Assembly (NCBI GenBank): GCA_030656575.1
Contig: JAUSPO010000030.1
Coordinates: 63,298-127,297, forward strand
DNA length: 64,000 nt
Direction: 5' to 3'
Source of the DNA: Bacillota bacterium
GTDB lineage: Bacteria; Bacillota; Dethiobacteria; DTU022; UBA8154
Made by a program: the position numbers and the translations under genes. Below the pieces are notes generated by a model. That model saw only the letters and a list, made by a program, of their open reading frames with translations, searched no databases and was not told the origin of the DNA. Shown here piece after piece: positions 30,234 through 41,124 of the stretch (positions are counted from its first letter, which is position 1; each line of letters starts with the position of its first letter).

Positions 30234-31526
30234 GTGAAAAATTATGATTTGTCCAAGCTTACTGAGCAGCAGTGCAGGGATCTGCTGCGCCGTTCGGAGA
30301 TAGATATCTCAGAGTACTCTTCTATCGCACTGGAGGTCATTAATCGTGTGCGGGAGGAAGGGGATAATGCTGTTATAGAATATACGGCTAAATTTGACGG
30401 TGTTTCCCTGGGCGAAAAAGGTTTGCTAGTCTCAGAGCAGGAAATCGAAGAAGCTTATCAAAGGTTTGACACTAAGACAAAAGAAACTTTGCATTATGCC
30501 GCTGAAAATATAAAAAGATTTCATTTGGAACAGCTTCCTTCAGAGATGTGGATGAAAGAAATTGAAGAAGGTGTCCTGGCGGGGGAGAAAATTACTCCAA
30601 TTACAGATGTCTGTCTTTATGTTCCAAGAGGGAAGGGGAGCTTTCCCTCCGTGATGCTCATGTTAGGGATACCTGCAGTAATCGCGGGAGTTCCGCGAAT
30701 TGTGGTCTGTACGCCTCCCGGCATCGGGGGTGAAATAGACACGGCAACCCTTGCTGCGGCTCACATTGTGGGAGTTAAGGAAATATACAGGGTCGGTGGA
30801 ATGCAGGCAATTGCAGCGGTGGCCTATGGTACGGAAACGATTCCCCGCTGCCGCAAAGTAATCGGACCGGGCAATGCCTATGTTAATGCGGCGAAAAGAT
30901 TGCTCTATGGTGTCTTGGATGTGGGGCTTCCGGCAGGACCCAGTGAGGCCATTATTCTTGCAGACGAATTTGCCGACGTGCATACAGTATCCCTTGACCT
31001 TCTCATTGAAGCGGAGCACGGCCCGGATTCCGCCTCTCTGCTCGTTACGCATTCTAAAGAACTGGCAGAAAATGTAGAAAAATATATCCCCGAACTGATC
31101 AATAATTTGCCCTCTGAGAAACGGGGTTTTGTGGAGAAGGTCTTCAACAATTATGGAGGGATCGTTCTGACCGGGAGCATTGGAGAATCAATTAATTTTA
31201 TTAATGACTATGCTCCGGAACACCTTGAAATTTTAACCGCTGATCCTTTTTCCATGCTTCCCAAGATAAAAAATGCAGGAGAAATTTTAATGGGTCCTTA
31301 CACACCTATTACCCTCTGTAATTTTCTCCTGGGTCCAAATGCCATTCTTCCCACAGGTTCATTTGCAAAAACTTTTTCAGGAGTATCAGTCCACGATTTT
31401 CTAAAGCGTTCTTCTTTTGGCTATGTGACTGAGGATGGTTTTGCCAGAGTAAAGGAAAAAGCTGCGCATTTTGCGGAACTGGAAGGTTTTTGGGCTCATG
31501 CCATGGCTGTAAGAAAGAGAGTTTAA
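30234..31526 (+). CDS. hisD: histidinol dehydrogenase
   Basis: HisD-like body throughout, for example GNAYVNAAKR, LIEAEHGPDS and the metal/NAD motifs. Start assigned to GTG at 30234 behind GGAAGGAGG. Confidence 0.85.
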   Translation: MKNYDLSKLTEQQCRDLLRRSEIDISEYSSIALEVINRVREEGDNAVIEYTAKFDGVSLGEKGLLVSEQEIEEAYQRFDTKTKETLHYAAENIKRFHLEQLPSEMWMKEIEEGVLAGEKITPITDVCLYVPRGKGSFPSVMLMLGIPAVIAGVPRIVVCTPPGIGGEIDTATLAAAHIVGVKEIYRVGGMQAIAAVAYGTETIPRCRKVIGPGNAYVNAAKRLLYGVLDVGLPAGPSEAIILADEFADVHTVSLDLLIEAEHGPDSASLLVTHSKELAENVEKYIPELINNLPSEKRGFVEKVFNNYGGIVLTGSIGESINFINDYAPEHLEILTADPFSMLPKIKNAGEILMGPYTPITLCNFLLGPNAILPTGSFAKTFSGVSVHDFLKRSSFGYVTEDGFARVKEKAAHFAELEGFWAHAMAVRKRV

Positions 31527-31601
31527 ATTTGGGCAGGTATTTGAAAAAAAGGAAAGGGGGGAATCCGGCAAGAGAGCCCTTGGGTTTTTTACCGGAGAAG
31601 T

Positions 31602-32237
31602 ATGCAGGTAATATCAGAAAGAAAAACTGCTGAATCGCAAATCATTGCCAAAATTGATTTTGGACCCCGTTACGCAGATCCCAAAAAGGGATTAAATACG
31701 ACAATGCCATTTTTAAACCATATGATAGAACATGTGATCGCGCGGGGGGAGTTTAATCTGGAGGTTAATGTTGAATTAAAAGACTTTTACCTCTTTCATG
31801 TAGTTTGTGAGGATATAGGGATCACGATTGGTAAAGCTATGAAAGAATATGTTGAATCAAGATTGGATGATGGGATCTCAGGATATGGTTCTGCATTTGC
31901 AATTATTGATGAGGCCCTTTCTCAGTCAGTGATTAGCTTTGAAAACAGGGCTTATCTTGATTTTTACCATCCTGAAGTTGTAATTCCTACTCAGACAGAA
32001 AATACTAATTCGGAAGATCTGAGGACTTTTTTTGAGGGCTTTGTGCAAGGCGCTTCCTGTACGCTGCACTTAAATATTCTCAAAGGAATCAATGGACACC
32101 ACATTTGGGAAGCAGCATTCCGTTCCTTTGGAGAGGCACTTTCCAAAGCATTGAGTTTAAGAGAATGGAGAAAAGGGATCACTTCAGGTGTTGCCGGCCC
32201 CATAAAGACTAAGATTTCTAAAAGTGATAATAGGTAA
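31602..32237 (+). CDS. hisB: imidazoleglycerol-phosphate dehydratase
   Basis: 211 aa; IGPD-like metal motifs (LNHMIEHV, INGHHIWEAAFRSFGEAL). Confidence 0.65.
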   Translation: MQVISERKTAESQIIAKIDFGPRYADPKKGLNTTMPFLNHMIEHVIARGEFNLEVNVELKDFYLFHVVCEDIGITIGKAMKEYVESRLDDGISGYGSAFAIIDEALSQSVISFENRAYLDFYHPEVVIPTQTENTNSEDLRTFFEGFVQGASCTLHLNILKGINGHHIWEAAFRSFGEALSKALSLREWRKGITSGVAGPIKTKISKSDNR

Positions 32238-32262
32238 GGGGACACACCTCATCGAGGAATGT
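32227..32262. repeat. solo copy of the repeat hairpin GGGGACACACCTC-atc-GAGGAATGTCCCC, directly after the hisB stop
   Basis: Direct read; same hairpin as in the 3.3-kb, 10.0-kb and 55.7-kb copies. Confidence 0.55.
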
Positions 32263-32291
32263 CCCCTATGGAATGCCTAATGGATGTCCCT

Positions 32292-33500
32292 ATGCTTCGA
32301 GTCTGGAGGAAATATAATTTGTCTAAAGAATCAGAGCATCCCAAAAAAGTTATCTTCGATATGGATGGCGTCATTTTAAGTGAAGATTGCTACTGGAATA
32401 CTGCCGCCCTTGTGGTCTGGGAATTGCTTTACAGCGATCGGTATCTGGGCAGGCCCCCCGAAGCAGGCCTCCCAACCTTTAAAACCGATCTTTCTCCTCA
32501 GGAAATTTCGGCAGTCAGACGGGTTGTCTTCCAGGATGAGCAGGTAATTTCCTTTTTTAAAAAACGTGCAGTTAATTCCAACTGGGATCTGGCTTTTTAT
32601 ACTTTTGTTTTTCAATTAACCTTGCTTTTTCAAGAGATAAGCGGCAGGGATTTAGCAGGTGGAGTTCAGGTTGAAGATCATGGGATTATGCTGAAGCATC
32701 TCTCTCACCTTTCCAGCCTTTTATCATCGCGGGATGATTGGAGTCCTTCATTTGCTGCAGTCATAGAGAACTGGGCAGGTGAGGCCAGGTGGAAGGATTT
32801 AATGGGAAAACTTTCTTTACAGGTGCCCGGAAGTTTTAAGGGGCTTGTGGAGAATTCTTACAAAGCCTCCTCTCCTTTATGGGAAGAAGTAAGGGACATT
32901 TTTCAGGAGTGGTATTTCGGAGAGGAACAATATAGGGAATTATTCAGCAGGGAGCCTGGCTCTCCCGGGAAAAAGGGGCTTATGCATGAGGAAGAACCTC
33001 TGCTTCCTGTAAGCAAAGTGAAAGATACCCTGCGCCAGCTGAAAGAGAAGGGCATGGTCCTGGGAATAGCAACAGGACGGCCCTATAACGAACTTAACCT
33101 TCCTCTTCAGAAAATGAATATCTGGGAATCATTCGATAAAAAATCTGTAGTAACCTTCAACGATGTGCAGAATGCGGAACAGGCATCCAGCCATAACTCA
33201 GATAATATTTCCCTGGGCAAGCCTCATCCCTTTTCCTTTCTAAAGGCTTACTGGGGGGACAGGTTTAGCGACGATGATCTGCTTTCTTCCACATTTCCCC
33301 GCATAGAACCGGGAAAATGCTGGGCTGTGGGGGACTCCATGGCTGATCTCCTTGCCGCAAAAAAATCGGGGGCTTCCTTTATTGGGGTTTTAACAGGACT
33401 CAGAGGCGCAGTAGATAAAAGTGCCTTCGAAAAAGAGGGCGCCACAGCAGTGCTGCCGGATGTAACTTTTCTTCCACGTTTTTTTGAGGACAATAAATAA
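32292..33500 (+). CDS. HAD-superfamily hydrolase with a large cap insertion (candidate histidinol-phosphatase given its his-gene context)
   Basis: Motif I FDMDGVIL near the proposed N-terminus, a GIATGRP-containing segment, and GDSMADLLAAKKSGA. The start is moved to the ATG at 32292 because the upstream part of the track ORF is a translation of the repeat hairpin. Confidence 0.55.
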   Translation: MLRVWRKYNLSKESEHPKKVIFDMDGVILSEDCYWNTAALVVWELLYSDRYLGRPPEAGLPTFKTDLSPQEISAVRRVVFQDEQVISFFKKRAVNSNWDLAFYTFVFQLTLLFQEISGRDLAGGVQVEDHGIMLKHLSHLSSLLSSRDDWSPSFAAVIENWAGEARWKDLMGKLSLQVPGSFKGLVENSYKASSPLWEEVRDIFQEWYFGEEQYRELFSREPGSPGKKGLMHEEEPLLPVSKVKDTLRQLKEKGMVLGIATGRPYNELNLPLQKMNIWESFDKKSVVTFNDVQNAEQASSHNSDNISLGKPHPFSFLKAYWGDRFSDDDLLSSTFPRIEPGKCWAVGDSMADLLAAKKSGASFIGVLTGLRGAVDKSAFEKEGATAVLPDVTFLPRFFEDNK

Positions 33501-33568
33501 CCCTGCCTGATTAAGACGGCAGGGTTACTGCTTTTATTCTTGCTGAAACGAGTTCAAATACAATGTAA

Positions 33569-34051
33569 TCAGTATTTAGGTTTCAGGCGCAGTGACGCTG
33601 TGAGAAGCGCTATCCCAAAGGCGAGGACAAGATAGTTGGCCTGTTGTGCTCTCTCAAATCCTTTTAAGATAATGGGGCCCACAGAACTGGCTAAGCCGAC
33701 AGAGATATATCCGGGTATAACTGCGAGGGCAACCTGAATGAGGATAAAGGAAATAATTGCCAGTATTGCCGGGGGTAAAAAAATTTGAAAGTTACCATAG
33801 AGGTAATAAAGGGCAATAAGACAGAACCCCATAAAAGACAGTGACAACCAGAAAATATTTCTAACGATATTTGCCTCTATACTGGCAAGAAATACCGCTG
33901 CCTCCGGTGGATAAGGTGTTGCTTCCGTTACGACGATTAGGGTATCTGATGCAATCATACCGACTAAAAAAGTGGTTGTTACAGCTGTAATTAGGGCAGC
34001 AGCGAAACCAACAGACAATAGTATTTTCAATAAAAGTTTGATGCCTTGCAC
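33569..34051 (-). CDS. small integral membrane protein, four predicted TM helices
   Basis: Hydrophobic 160-aa ORF. Confidence 0.45.
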   Translation of the reverse strand: MQGIKLLLKILLSVGFAAALITAVTTTFLVGMIASDTLIVVTEATPYPPEAAVFLASIEANIVRNIFWLSLSFMGFCLIALYYLYGNFQIFLPPAILAIISFILIQVALAVIPGYISVGLASSVGPIILKGFERAQQANYLVLAFGIALLTASLRLKPKY

Positions 34052-34286
34052 TTAGCAGCCCACCTTTCCACATTGGGATATAACTAATAAGTTCTTCGTC
34101 TTTCCTGGTGCAGATTCCTGCTATGAGAAAAAATTAACTTGTTGCAATAAAATACCTTCTTAAGAAAATTCAATCATTGGTGTCTTTTGCGTCCCGCTTG
34201 TATTTTTGTTCTGGTTTTAGTAGAATAATTCTAGATTGTTATATTTTCTGGAATCCCCAAGTGTTTTATCATTAGGAGGAGTTTAG

Positions 34287-36944
34287 ATGGGTTTATTCAC
34301 AAAAATATTTGGAGATCCCCACGTAAAAGAAGCAAAAAAGCTTCAGCGTTATGTTGAAGAGGTAAACTCTTATGAAGAGCGCATGAAAGCTCTTCAGGAA
34401 AACCAGTTTTCAGAGGTTACCGCTCAATTGAAAAAAAAGCTTGCTGACGGGTCAACCCTGGATGATATCCTGCCCGAAGCTTTTGCCCTGGCTCGTGAGG
34501 CTTCCTGGCGAGCTCTTGGCATGAGGCCCTTTGATGTGCAGGTATTAGGTGGCATTGTTCTGCATCAGGGCCGTATTGCAGAGATGAAGACCGGTGAAGG
34601 GAAAACTCTTGCTGCAACAATGCCTGCTTATCTCAATGCCCTAACCGGTAAAGGGGTTCACATTGTTACGGTGAATGATTACCTGGCCAGGCGGGACAGT
34701 GACTGGATGAGGCCTGTCTACGAACTTCTCGGGCTTAAGGTTGGACTTATTGTCCACGACATGACCCCTGCAGAGCGCAGGGAGCATTATAGCGCAGATA
34801 TTACCTATGGGACAAACAATGAATTTGGTTTCGACCATTTGCGTGATAATATGGTCATTTACCGGGAACATCTGGTCCAGCGTCCCCTGAACTATGCAAT
34901 TGTTGATGAAGTTGACAGTATCCTCATAGATGAAGCCCGGACACCATTAATCATCTCCGGGGCTGCGGAAAAGTCTACGGAAAAATATGAAAAGTTTGCT
35001 GCTTTTGTTCCCCGTCTGAAAAATGAAGAGGACTATACCATAGATGAAAAAGCTCACACAGTAATTTTAACCGAAGAAGGGGTTGAACGTGTTGAAAAGC
35101 TTCTCAATATAGATAACCTCTCTGATGAAAGCAATATGGAGGATTCCCATCATTTAAACCAGGCTTTGAAGGCTTATGGACTTATGAAAAGAGACAGGGA
35201 CTACGTGGTGAAAGACGGGGAAGTTGTCATTGTTGATGAGTTTACAGGCCGGCTTATGTTCGGCAGGCGTTACAGTGACGGATTACACCAGGCTATTGAA
35301 GCCAAAGAAAAGGTAAAGGTGGCCCGGGAAAGCCGTACTCTCGCCTCCATTACATTTCAGAATTATTTCAGAATGTATGAGAAGTTGTCCGGCATGACAG
35401 GAACTGCTGTCACAGAGGAAGATGAATTCCGAAAAATCTATGGTATGGATGTAGTGATTATTCCCACCAATGAAGAGATGATCAGAAGAGATTTGCCCGA
35501 CCTTATTTATCGCACCGAACAGGGCAAGTTTAATGCCGTAGTGGATGAAATAGTCAGTCGTCATCAAAATGGGCAGCCTGTACTGGTGGGCACAATCACC
35601 ATTGAGAAATCAGAGGAACTAAGTGGCCTCCTTTCAAAGAAGGGTGTTCGTCACCAGGTCCTTAATGCAAAATATCACGAAAAAGAGGCTGAAATAATTT
35701 CTCAGGCAGGTCAAAAAGAAGCCGTAACAATTGCCACAAATATGGCCGGACGAGGCACGGATATTGTCCTTGGCGGAAATGCTGAATCAGAGTTGGAGAA
35801 AATTAAAGATGACGCCGATTTAACCGATGCAGAAAAAGAGAAAAAAATAGAACAAATTCGCGCACTCTGGAAAGTCCGTCACGATGAAGTGGTACAACTG
35901 GGCGGACTGCATATTATCGGAACTGAGAGGCATGAGTCCAGGCGTATTGATAATCAGCTCCGGGGGCGTTCCGGCCGCCAGGGAGACCCTGGTTCTTCCC
36001 TCTTTTTTGTATCCCTTGAAGATGATCTGATGCGGCTGTTTGGCGGGGACAATGTTAAATCCATGATGGAGAGATTTGGTATGGAAGAAGAAGTTCCTAT
36101 TGAACATCCCATCATCAGCAAAGCCATAGAGAACGCACAGAAGAAGGTAGAAGGACGAAACTTTGAGATCCGTAAACATGTTCTTGATTATGATGATGTT
36201 CTTAACCAGCAAAGGCAAGTGATCTATGGGCAGCGACGTCAGGTTTTGGAGGGTGAAAACCTGCGCGATAATATTATGAAAATGATTGAAGACCTGGTGG
36301 ATAAAGCTCTTTCTACCTATGCAGACGAAAAGATAGATGAAGAGTTATGGGATTTAAACGGGCTCTTAACTCATGCTGAAAGGATCTATCTTCCCCCCGG
36401 GCACTTCAGCTTAAAGGATTTTGAGGAACTCTCCAGGGAAGAGTTGAAGGAGATAATTGTCCAGGCAGCAGATCACGCCTATCATGAACGGGAGAAGGAA
36501 ATAGGTTCGGAAACGATACGTGAACTGGAACGGGTTATCCTTTTGCGTACCGTAGACAGTAAGTGGATGGACCATATTGATGCAATGCATGAGCTTCGCC
36601 AGGGGGTATGGCTGCGGGCCTATGGTCAGCGCGATCCCCTTGTGGAATATAAATACGAAGCTTATGAAATGTTCAGTGAGATGATTAACTCAATTCAGGA
36701 AGAAGTGGTGCGGCTCTTATTCCACCTGCAAGTGAGCCGGAATCCTGAACGTCAAAGAGTGGCCACACCGATGGTAACACTTAGGGGCGATGGCACTGGT
36801 GCCATGGATGAAGCGAGAGGCACAAGAAATGTTACTCCTGAAAAGAAGAAGCCCGTAACTGTTACTAAAGTGGGCCGAAATGAACCATGCACCTGCGGCA
36901 GTGGTAAAAAATTTAAAAAGTGCTGTGGTAAGGATCTTCATTAG
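34287..36944 (+). CDS. secA: preprotein translocase ATPase SecA
   Basis: 885 aa with DEAD-like motifs and the C-terminal zinc finger [14 protein letters not shown]. Confidence 0.95.
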   Translation: MGLFTKIFGDPHVKEAKKLQRYVEEVNSYEERMKALQENQFSEVTAQLKKKLADGSTLDDILPEAFALAREASWRALGMRPFDVQVLGGIVLHQGRIAEMKTGEGKTLAATMPAYLNALTGKGVHIVTVNDYLARRDSDWMRPVYELLGLKVGLIVHDMTPAERREHYSADITYGTNNEFGFDHLRDNMVIYREHLVQRPLNYAIVDEVDSILIDEARTPLIISGAAEKSTEKYEKFAAFVPRLKNEEDYTIDEKAHTVILTEEGVERVEKLLNIDNLSDESNMEDSHHLNQALKAYGLMKRDRDYVVKDGEVVIVDEFTGRLMFGRRYSDGLHQAIEAKEKVKVARESRTLASITFQNYFRMYEKLSGMTGTAVTEEDEFRKIYGMDVVIIPTNEEMIRRDLPDLIYRTEQGKFNAVVDEIVSRHQNGQPVLVGTITIEKSEELSGLLSKKGVRHQVLNAKYHEKEAEIISQAGQKEAVTIATNMAGRGTDIVLGGNAESELEKIKDDADLTDAEKEKKIEQIRALWKVRHDEVVQLGGLHIIGTERHESRRIDNQLRGRSGRQGDPGSSLFFVSLEDDLMRLFGGDNVKSMMERFGMEEEVPIEHPIISKAIENAQKKVEGRNFEIRKHVLDYDDVLNQQRQVIYGQRRQVLEGENLRDNIMKMIEDLVDKALSTYADEKIDEELWDLNGLLTHAERIYLPPGHFSLKDFEELSREELKEIIVQAADHAYHEREKEIGSETIRELERVILLRTVDSKWMDHIDAMHELRQGVWLRAYGQRDPLVEYKYEAYEMFSEMINSIQEEVVRLLFHLQVSRNPERQRVATPMVTLRGDGTGAMDEARGTRNVTPEKKKPVTVTKVGRNEPCTCGSGKKFKKCCGKDLH

Positions 36945-36960
36945 GTTGAAAGGATGGTAT

Positions 36961-38078
36961 TATGCTTACTGTTTTAAAGGAACAATGGTCAAAACAAAAA
37001 GAGAGGTTTGAAGAATGGGGGAGGTCTCTTTGACCTCGAGGATAAAAGGAAAAAGGTAAAAATGCTCGAGGAGACAGCCGGTAAACCTGAGTTTTGGAAC
37101 AAATCCGAAGACGCCTCCAAAATCATGCAGGAGATTTCTTTGTTAAAAGAAAGGGTCGAGTCTTATGATCGCTTAGCAGAATTTCTGGAAGAATGGGAAG
37201 TCCTTCTACAGCTTTATGAGGAGTATGATCACGAAGATAATCATGAACTCCTCAAAGAGGCTGAGGATATAAATTCACAGATAGATAAACTGCTGGAGAA
37301 GGAAGAACTTCGCCTCCTCTTTAAAGGTCGCTACGATGAGAACAACGCCATTCTCGCTATCCACCCCGGGGCCGGAGGTCTGGATGCCCAGGATTGGGCA
37401 GAAATGCTTTTGCGCATGTATACCCGCTGGGCAGAGAAGAAAGGCTATACAGTAGAAGTGCTGGATCTGTTACCCGCTGATGAAGCAGGGATTAAAAGTG
37501 TAACGTTCCTTGTCCAGGGAGAAAAAGCGTATGGATATCTTCAGGCGGAGCGTGGTGTTCACCGCCTCGTACGAATATCTCCATTTGATACGGGCGGCAG
37601 GAGACATACATCCTTTGCCTCAATAGACGTTCTGCCGGAAGTGAAAGAGGGTGTTGATGTGGAGATAAATCCCGATGATTTAAGGATCGATACTTATCGT
37701 GCCAGCGGGGCCGGGGGGCAGCATATCAATACCACTGATTCTGCTGTAAGGATTACACATATACCTACAGGATTAGTGGTACAGTGCCAGAATGAGCGGT
37801 CACAACATAGTAATAAAGAAAGCGCTATGCATATACTACTGGCAAAATTGGCTGATTTAACACAGCGACGGCAGAAAGAAGAACTGCATGCCTTAAGGGG
37901 TGAGCAGAAAGAGATTGCCTGGGGCAGTCAGATACGTTCTTATGTTTTTCATCCATATTCCCTTGTAAAAGATCATCGCACAGGTGCTGATACAGGGAAC
38001 ATCCAGGCAGTAATGGACGGGGAGATAGAGCTTTTTCTGGGGGCTTTTCTTCGCTACAGCTCACAGTTAGCAGATTAA
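36961..38078 (+). CDS. prfB: peptide chain release factor 2, expressed through a programmed +1 frameshift
   Basis: A frame-0 ORF MLTVLKEQWSKQKERFEEWGRSL ends at CTT TGA C (about 37021-37027) and is preceded by the SD-like GGGGGAGG. The +1 frame continues as DLEDKRKKV... through SPF, the GGQ motif (RASGAGGQHINT), to 38078. Confidence 0.85.
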
Positions 38079-38119
38079 ATCAAAAACAAATAGGATTCCT
38101 CAGGGGGCCCGTCGAAATA

Positions 38120-38956
38120 ATGCTTAGAAAATATATTTGGGATCTGATTGGCATTATTATTGGAACAGCTGTAATGGCTGTCTCCTTTAATATGTTTCTT
38201 ATTCCAAACAAAATCGCGGCTGGTGGTATAAGCGGCCTGGGTGTTATTTTGTTCCACCTTTTCCAGGTACCTGTAGGACTGACGGTCTTATTAGCGAATG
38301 TGCCCCTCTTTATTTTGGCTTGGTCTGTGCTGGGTTGGAGAATTGTGGCCCACAGCCTGGCAGGCACGATTCTCCTGCCTTTTATGTTAGAGCTTACTGC
38401 TTTCCTTCCTCTTGTTACCAAAGACCTGCTCCTGGCTTCTGTTTTCGGAGGTATAGGAGCGGGATTGGGAATAGGTCTTGTTTTCCGTTCACAGGGTACG
38501 ACAGGCGGGACAGCGCTGGTGGCTCAGCTTTTTAACCGCTTCTGGGGATTCAGCAGCGGGCAGAGCCTTATTGGAGCAGATCTGGTGATCATAGTCGCCG
38601 CCGGATTTTTCTTTGACGCTGAGGTAGCATTATTTGCTTTATTATCTCTTTTTGTCAGCGGTAAAGTGATAGATATTGTACAGGAAGGGTTTTCTTTTTC
38701 AAAAGCAGCCCTTATTATCAGCGAGAAAAAACAGGACGCCATAACCGAAAAAATTTTTGAAGAGCTGGGGCGTGGTGCAACCTTCCTGGATGGAAGGGGC
38801 GCCTATTCCGGGGATCAAAAAGGTATAATTCTTTGTATTGTTTCCCAATCACAGGTAACACGCCTCAAAAATATAGTCAGAGAGATTGATCCTTTAGCTT
38901 TTGTAATTGTAAGCAATGTAGGAGAGGTGCTGGGAGAAGGATTTGGACCAATATAA
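38120..38956 (+). CDS. YitT-family membrane protein (DUF161/DUF2179)
   Basis: Multi-TM N-terminus and C-terminal DUF2179 pattern. Confidence 0.75.
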   Translation: MLRKYIWDLIGIIIGTAVMAVSFNMFLIPNKIAAGGISGLGVILFHLFQVPVGLTVLLANVPLFILAWSVLGWRIVAHSLAGTILLPFMLELTAFLPLVTKDLLLASVFGGIGAGLGIGLVFRSQGTTGGTALVAQLFNRFWGFSSGQSLIGADLVIIVAAGFFFDAEVALFALLSLFVSGKVIDIVQEGFSFSKAALIISEKKQDAITEKIFEELGRGATFLDGRGAYSGDQKGIILCIVSQSQVTRLKNIVREIDPLAFVIVSNVGEVLGEGFGPI

Positions 38957-38992
38957 TCATTTTAGAATACATTTAATAAAGGGGGAATAAAG

Positions 38993-39823
38993 GTGCCGGC
39001 AATTTTGGCTGCTGTATTGGAAGAATTAAGAGTGAAAGCAAGGGACTTACGCAAAGATATTATCACAATGATTTATAAAGCCGGTTCTGGCCATCCGGGA
39101 GGTTCACTGTCTGTTATCGATATTTTAGTGGTCTTGTATTACAAGGTTATGAATATTAACTCTGGTAATTATCTGGATCCCCAAAGAGACAGGCTGGTTT
39201 TAAGCAAAGGGCACGCATGTCCTGCACTTTATGCTGTTCTGGCAGACAAGGGGTTTTTCTCTCGTACTTTTCTTGATACCCTGCGCAAAATCGATTCCCC
39301 GCTTCAGGGGCATCCCGACATGCTAAAGACTCCGGGGATAGAAATCTCCACTGGATCACTTGGTCAGGGACTTTCTGCAGCTAACGGCATGGCCCTGGCA
39401 GCCCGTCTGGATAATTCCAAACGCCGTACATACGTAATTCTTGGGGATGGTGAGCTTCAGGAAGGCCAGATATGGGAGGCAGCCATGTCTTCAGCTCATT
39501 ACAGGTTGGATAATCTTACTGCATTTTTAGATTATAACGGCCTGCAGATAGACGGATGGACCCGTGATGTGAAATCAACCGATCCTATTGTGGATAAATG
39601 GCGCTCTTTTGGCTGGCATGTGCTGGAAGTTGACGGCCATGATTATGCTTCTCTCCTTGAAGCAGTGGGAAGGGCCCATGCTTATAAAGGGGCTCCCACG
39701 ATGATCATAGCCCATACTGTGAAAGGTAAAGGGGTTTCCTTTATGGAAAATCAAATAGATTGGCATGGCCAGGCTCCGAATAAGGAACAATACGAAATAG
39801 CGCTTGCAGATTTAGAAAAGTGA
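38993..39823 (+). CDS. transketolase, N-terminal (TPP-binding) subunit
   Basis: GHPGGSLS and GDGELQEG motifs. Confidence 0.85.
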   Translation: MPAILAAVLEELRVKARDLRKDIITMIYKAGSGHPGGSLSVIDILVVLYYKVMNINSGNYLDPQRDRLVLSKGHACPALYAVLADKGFFSRTFLDTLRKIDSPLQGHPDMLKTPGIEISTGSLGQGLSAANGMALAARLDNSKRRTYVILGDGELQEGQIWEAAMSSAHYRLDNLTAFLDYNGLQIDGWTRDVKSTDPIVDKWRSFGWHVLEVDGHDYASLLEAVGRAHAYKGAPTMIIAHTVKGKGVSFMENQIDWHGQAPNKEQYEIALADLEK

Positions 39824-39824
39824 G

Positions 39825-40784
39825 ATGGAGGGGAATACTTTGACGGAAAAGGCAGCTACAAGGGATGCATACGGCAAGGCTCTGGTGGAGTTAGGACGAC
39901 GGATTGAGAAGGTTGTTGTCCTTGATGCAGACCTTTCAAAATCAACAAAGACAGTATTGTTTGCCGAGGAATTTCCCCTGCGTTTTTTTAATATGGGGAT
40001 TTCTGAAGCTGATATGATGGGGACCGCTGCGGGTCTGGCAGCTTCTGGTTATATTCCATTTGTGAGCACATTCGGCGTTTTTGCCACGGGCAGAGTTTAT
40101 GACCAGGTGCGTAACTCTATAGCCTATACCAAGTTGAACGTAAAAATTGCAGCTACACATACAGGTCTTACAGTAGGCGAAGACGGGGCTTCACACCAGA
40201 CCGTGGAAGATATTGCCCTGATGCGCGTTTTACCAAATATGATCGTCGTTGTGCCTGCTGATGCTGGACAAACCTATCAGGCTGTTGAAGCTGTTGCAGA
40301 ATATGAAGGCCCTGTTTACCTGCGCCTGGGGAGGCCAAAAGTTCCGCACGTTGTCCCTGAAGGCACACCCTTTGAAATTGGCAAAGCACAGATTCTCAGG
40401 GAAGGAAAAGATCTTCTTTTTATTGCAACAGGAATTATGGTGGGAGCTGCTCTGGATGCGGCCGCGCTCATGGAAAAACAGGGCGTCAATGCCGCGGTGC
40501 TAAATGTACATACTATTAAGCCGCTGGACGAGAAGCTTATTCTCCAAATGGCAGCCGAAGCAGGAGCCATTGTCACTGCCGAGGAACACAGTATTATGGG
40601 AGGTCTGGGAGGTGCGGTTGCTGAAATTATTTCCGAAAATTACCCTGTGCCTGTGATAAGAGTAGGGGTAAATGATACCTTCGGAGAATCCGGCTCACCT
40701 GACGACTTACTTATCAAGTATGGTTTGACTGCTGAAAAACTGGTCGAAGCTGGACAGAAGGCTTTGGAGATGAAAAGAAGGTAG
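39825..40784 (+). CDS. transketolase, C-terminal (pyrimidine-binding) subunit
   Basis: Split-tkt partner; starts 2 nt after the N-terminal subunit gene. Confidence 0.85.
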   Translation: MEGNTLTEKAATRDAYGKALVELGRRIEKVVVLDADLSKSTKTVLFAEEFPLRFFNMGISEADMMGTAAGLAASGYIPFVSTFGVFATGRVYDQVRNSIAYTKLNVKIAATHTGLTVGEDGASHQTVEDIALMRVLPNMIVVVPADAGQTYQAVEAVAEYEGPVYLRLGRPKVPHVVPEGTPFEIGKAQILREGKDLLFIATGIMVGAALDAAALMEKQGVNAAVLNVHTIKPLDEKLILQMAAEAGAIVTAEEHSIMGGLGGAVAEIISENYPVPVIRVGVNDTFGESGSPDDLLIKYGLTAEKLVEAGQKALEMKRR

Positions 40785-41046
40785 TGTGTAGAATGGGGTG
40801 TTGAGGGCTGGAGTTCGCTCCAAGTTCTACGGTTCAGCTCGGGTTTCCGGCACCTTCCCGGCAAATCCCTATCAAGGTCTTCTGAAAGAAAAAGACAAGG
40901 GGACAGGGACTTGTCTGATGAAATAATGTTTTAAAAAGCCAGGTGAAATTTGGAGAAAAGCGTGATACCCAAGAAATAAGTAACCGATCAAAGATCTGCG
41001 GGAGAGCAGGCATAAAAAAAAGAATAGACAAGTCTCTGACCCCTTG

Positions 41047-41082
41047 TCTGACCCCTTGTCTGACCCTTTGTTCAAAGTCGGT
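41047..41082. repeat. tandem 12-mer (CTGACCCCTTGT)x3 with an inverted partner at 40893-40918
   Basis: Direct read: ctgaccccttgtctgaccccttgtctgaccctttgt. Upstream, agacaaggggacagggacttgtctga is palindromic and contains the complementary motif. Confidence 0.8.
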
Positions 41083-41124
41083 GGAAAATGCACTGGTCAA
41101 AGCACAGAAAAGGTAAGATAGGTA

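Noticed and set aside
38993-40784. Split transketolase as an anomaly
   Set aside because: The two-subunit (N/C) transketolase is the normal arrangement in many anaerobic Firmicutes and archaea. It is not a pseudogene.
40834-41100. Track ORFs 40834..41100 and 40872..41093 (minus strand)
   Set aside because: They overlap the tandem 12-mer repeats in a convergent intergenic spacer and look like repeat-derived reading frames.
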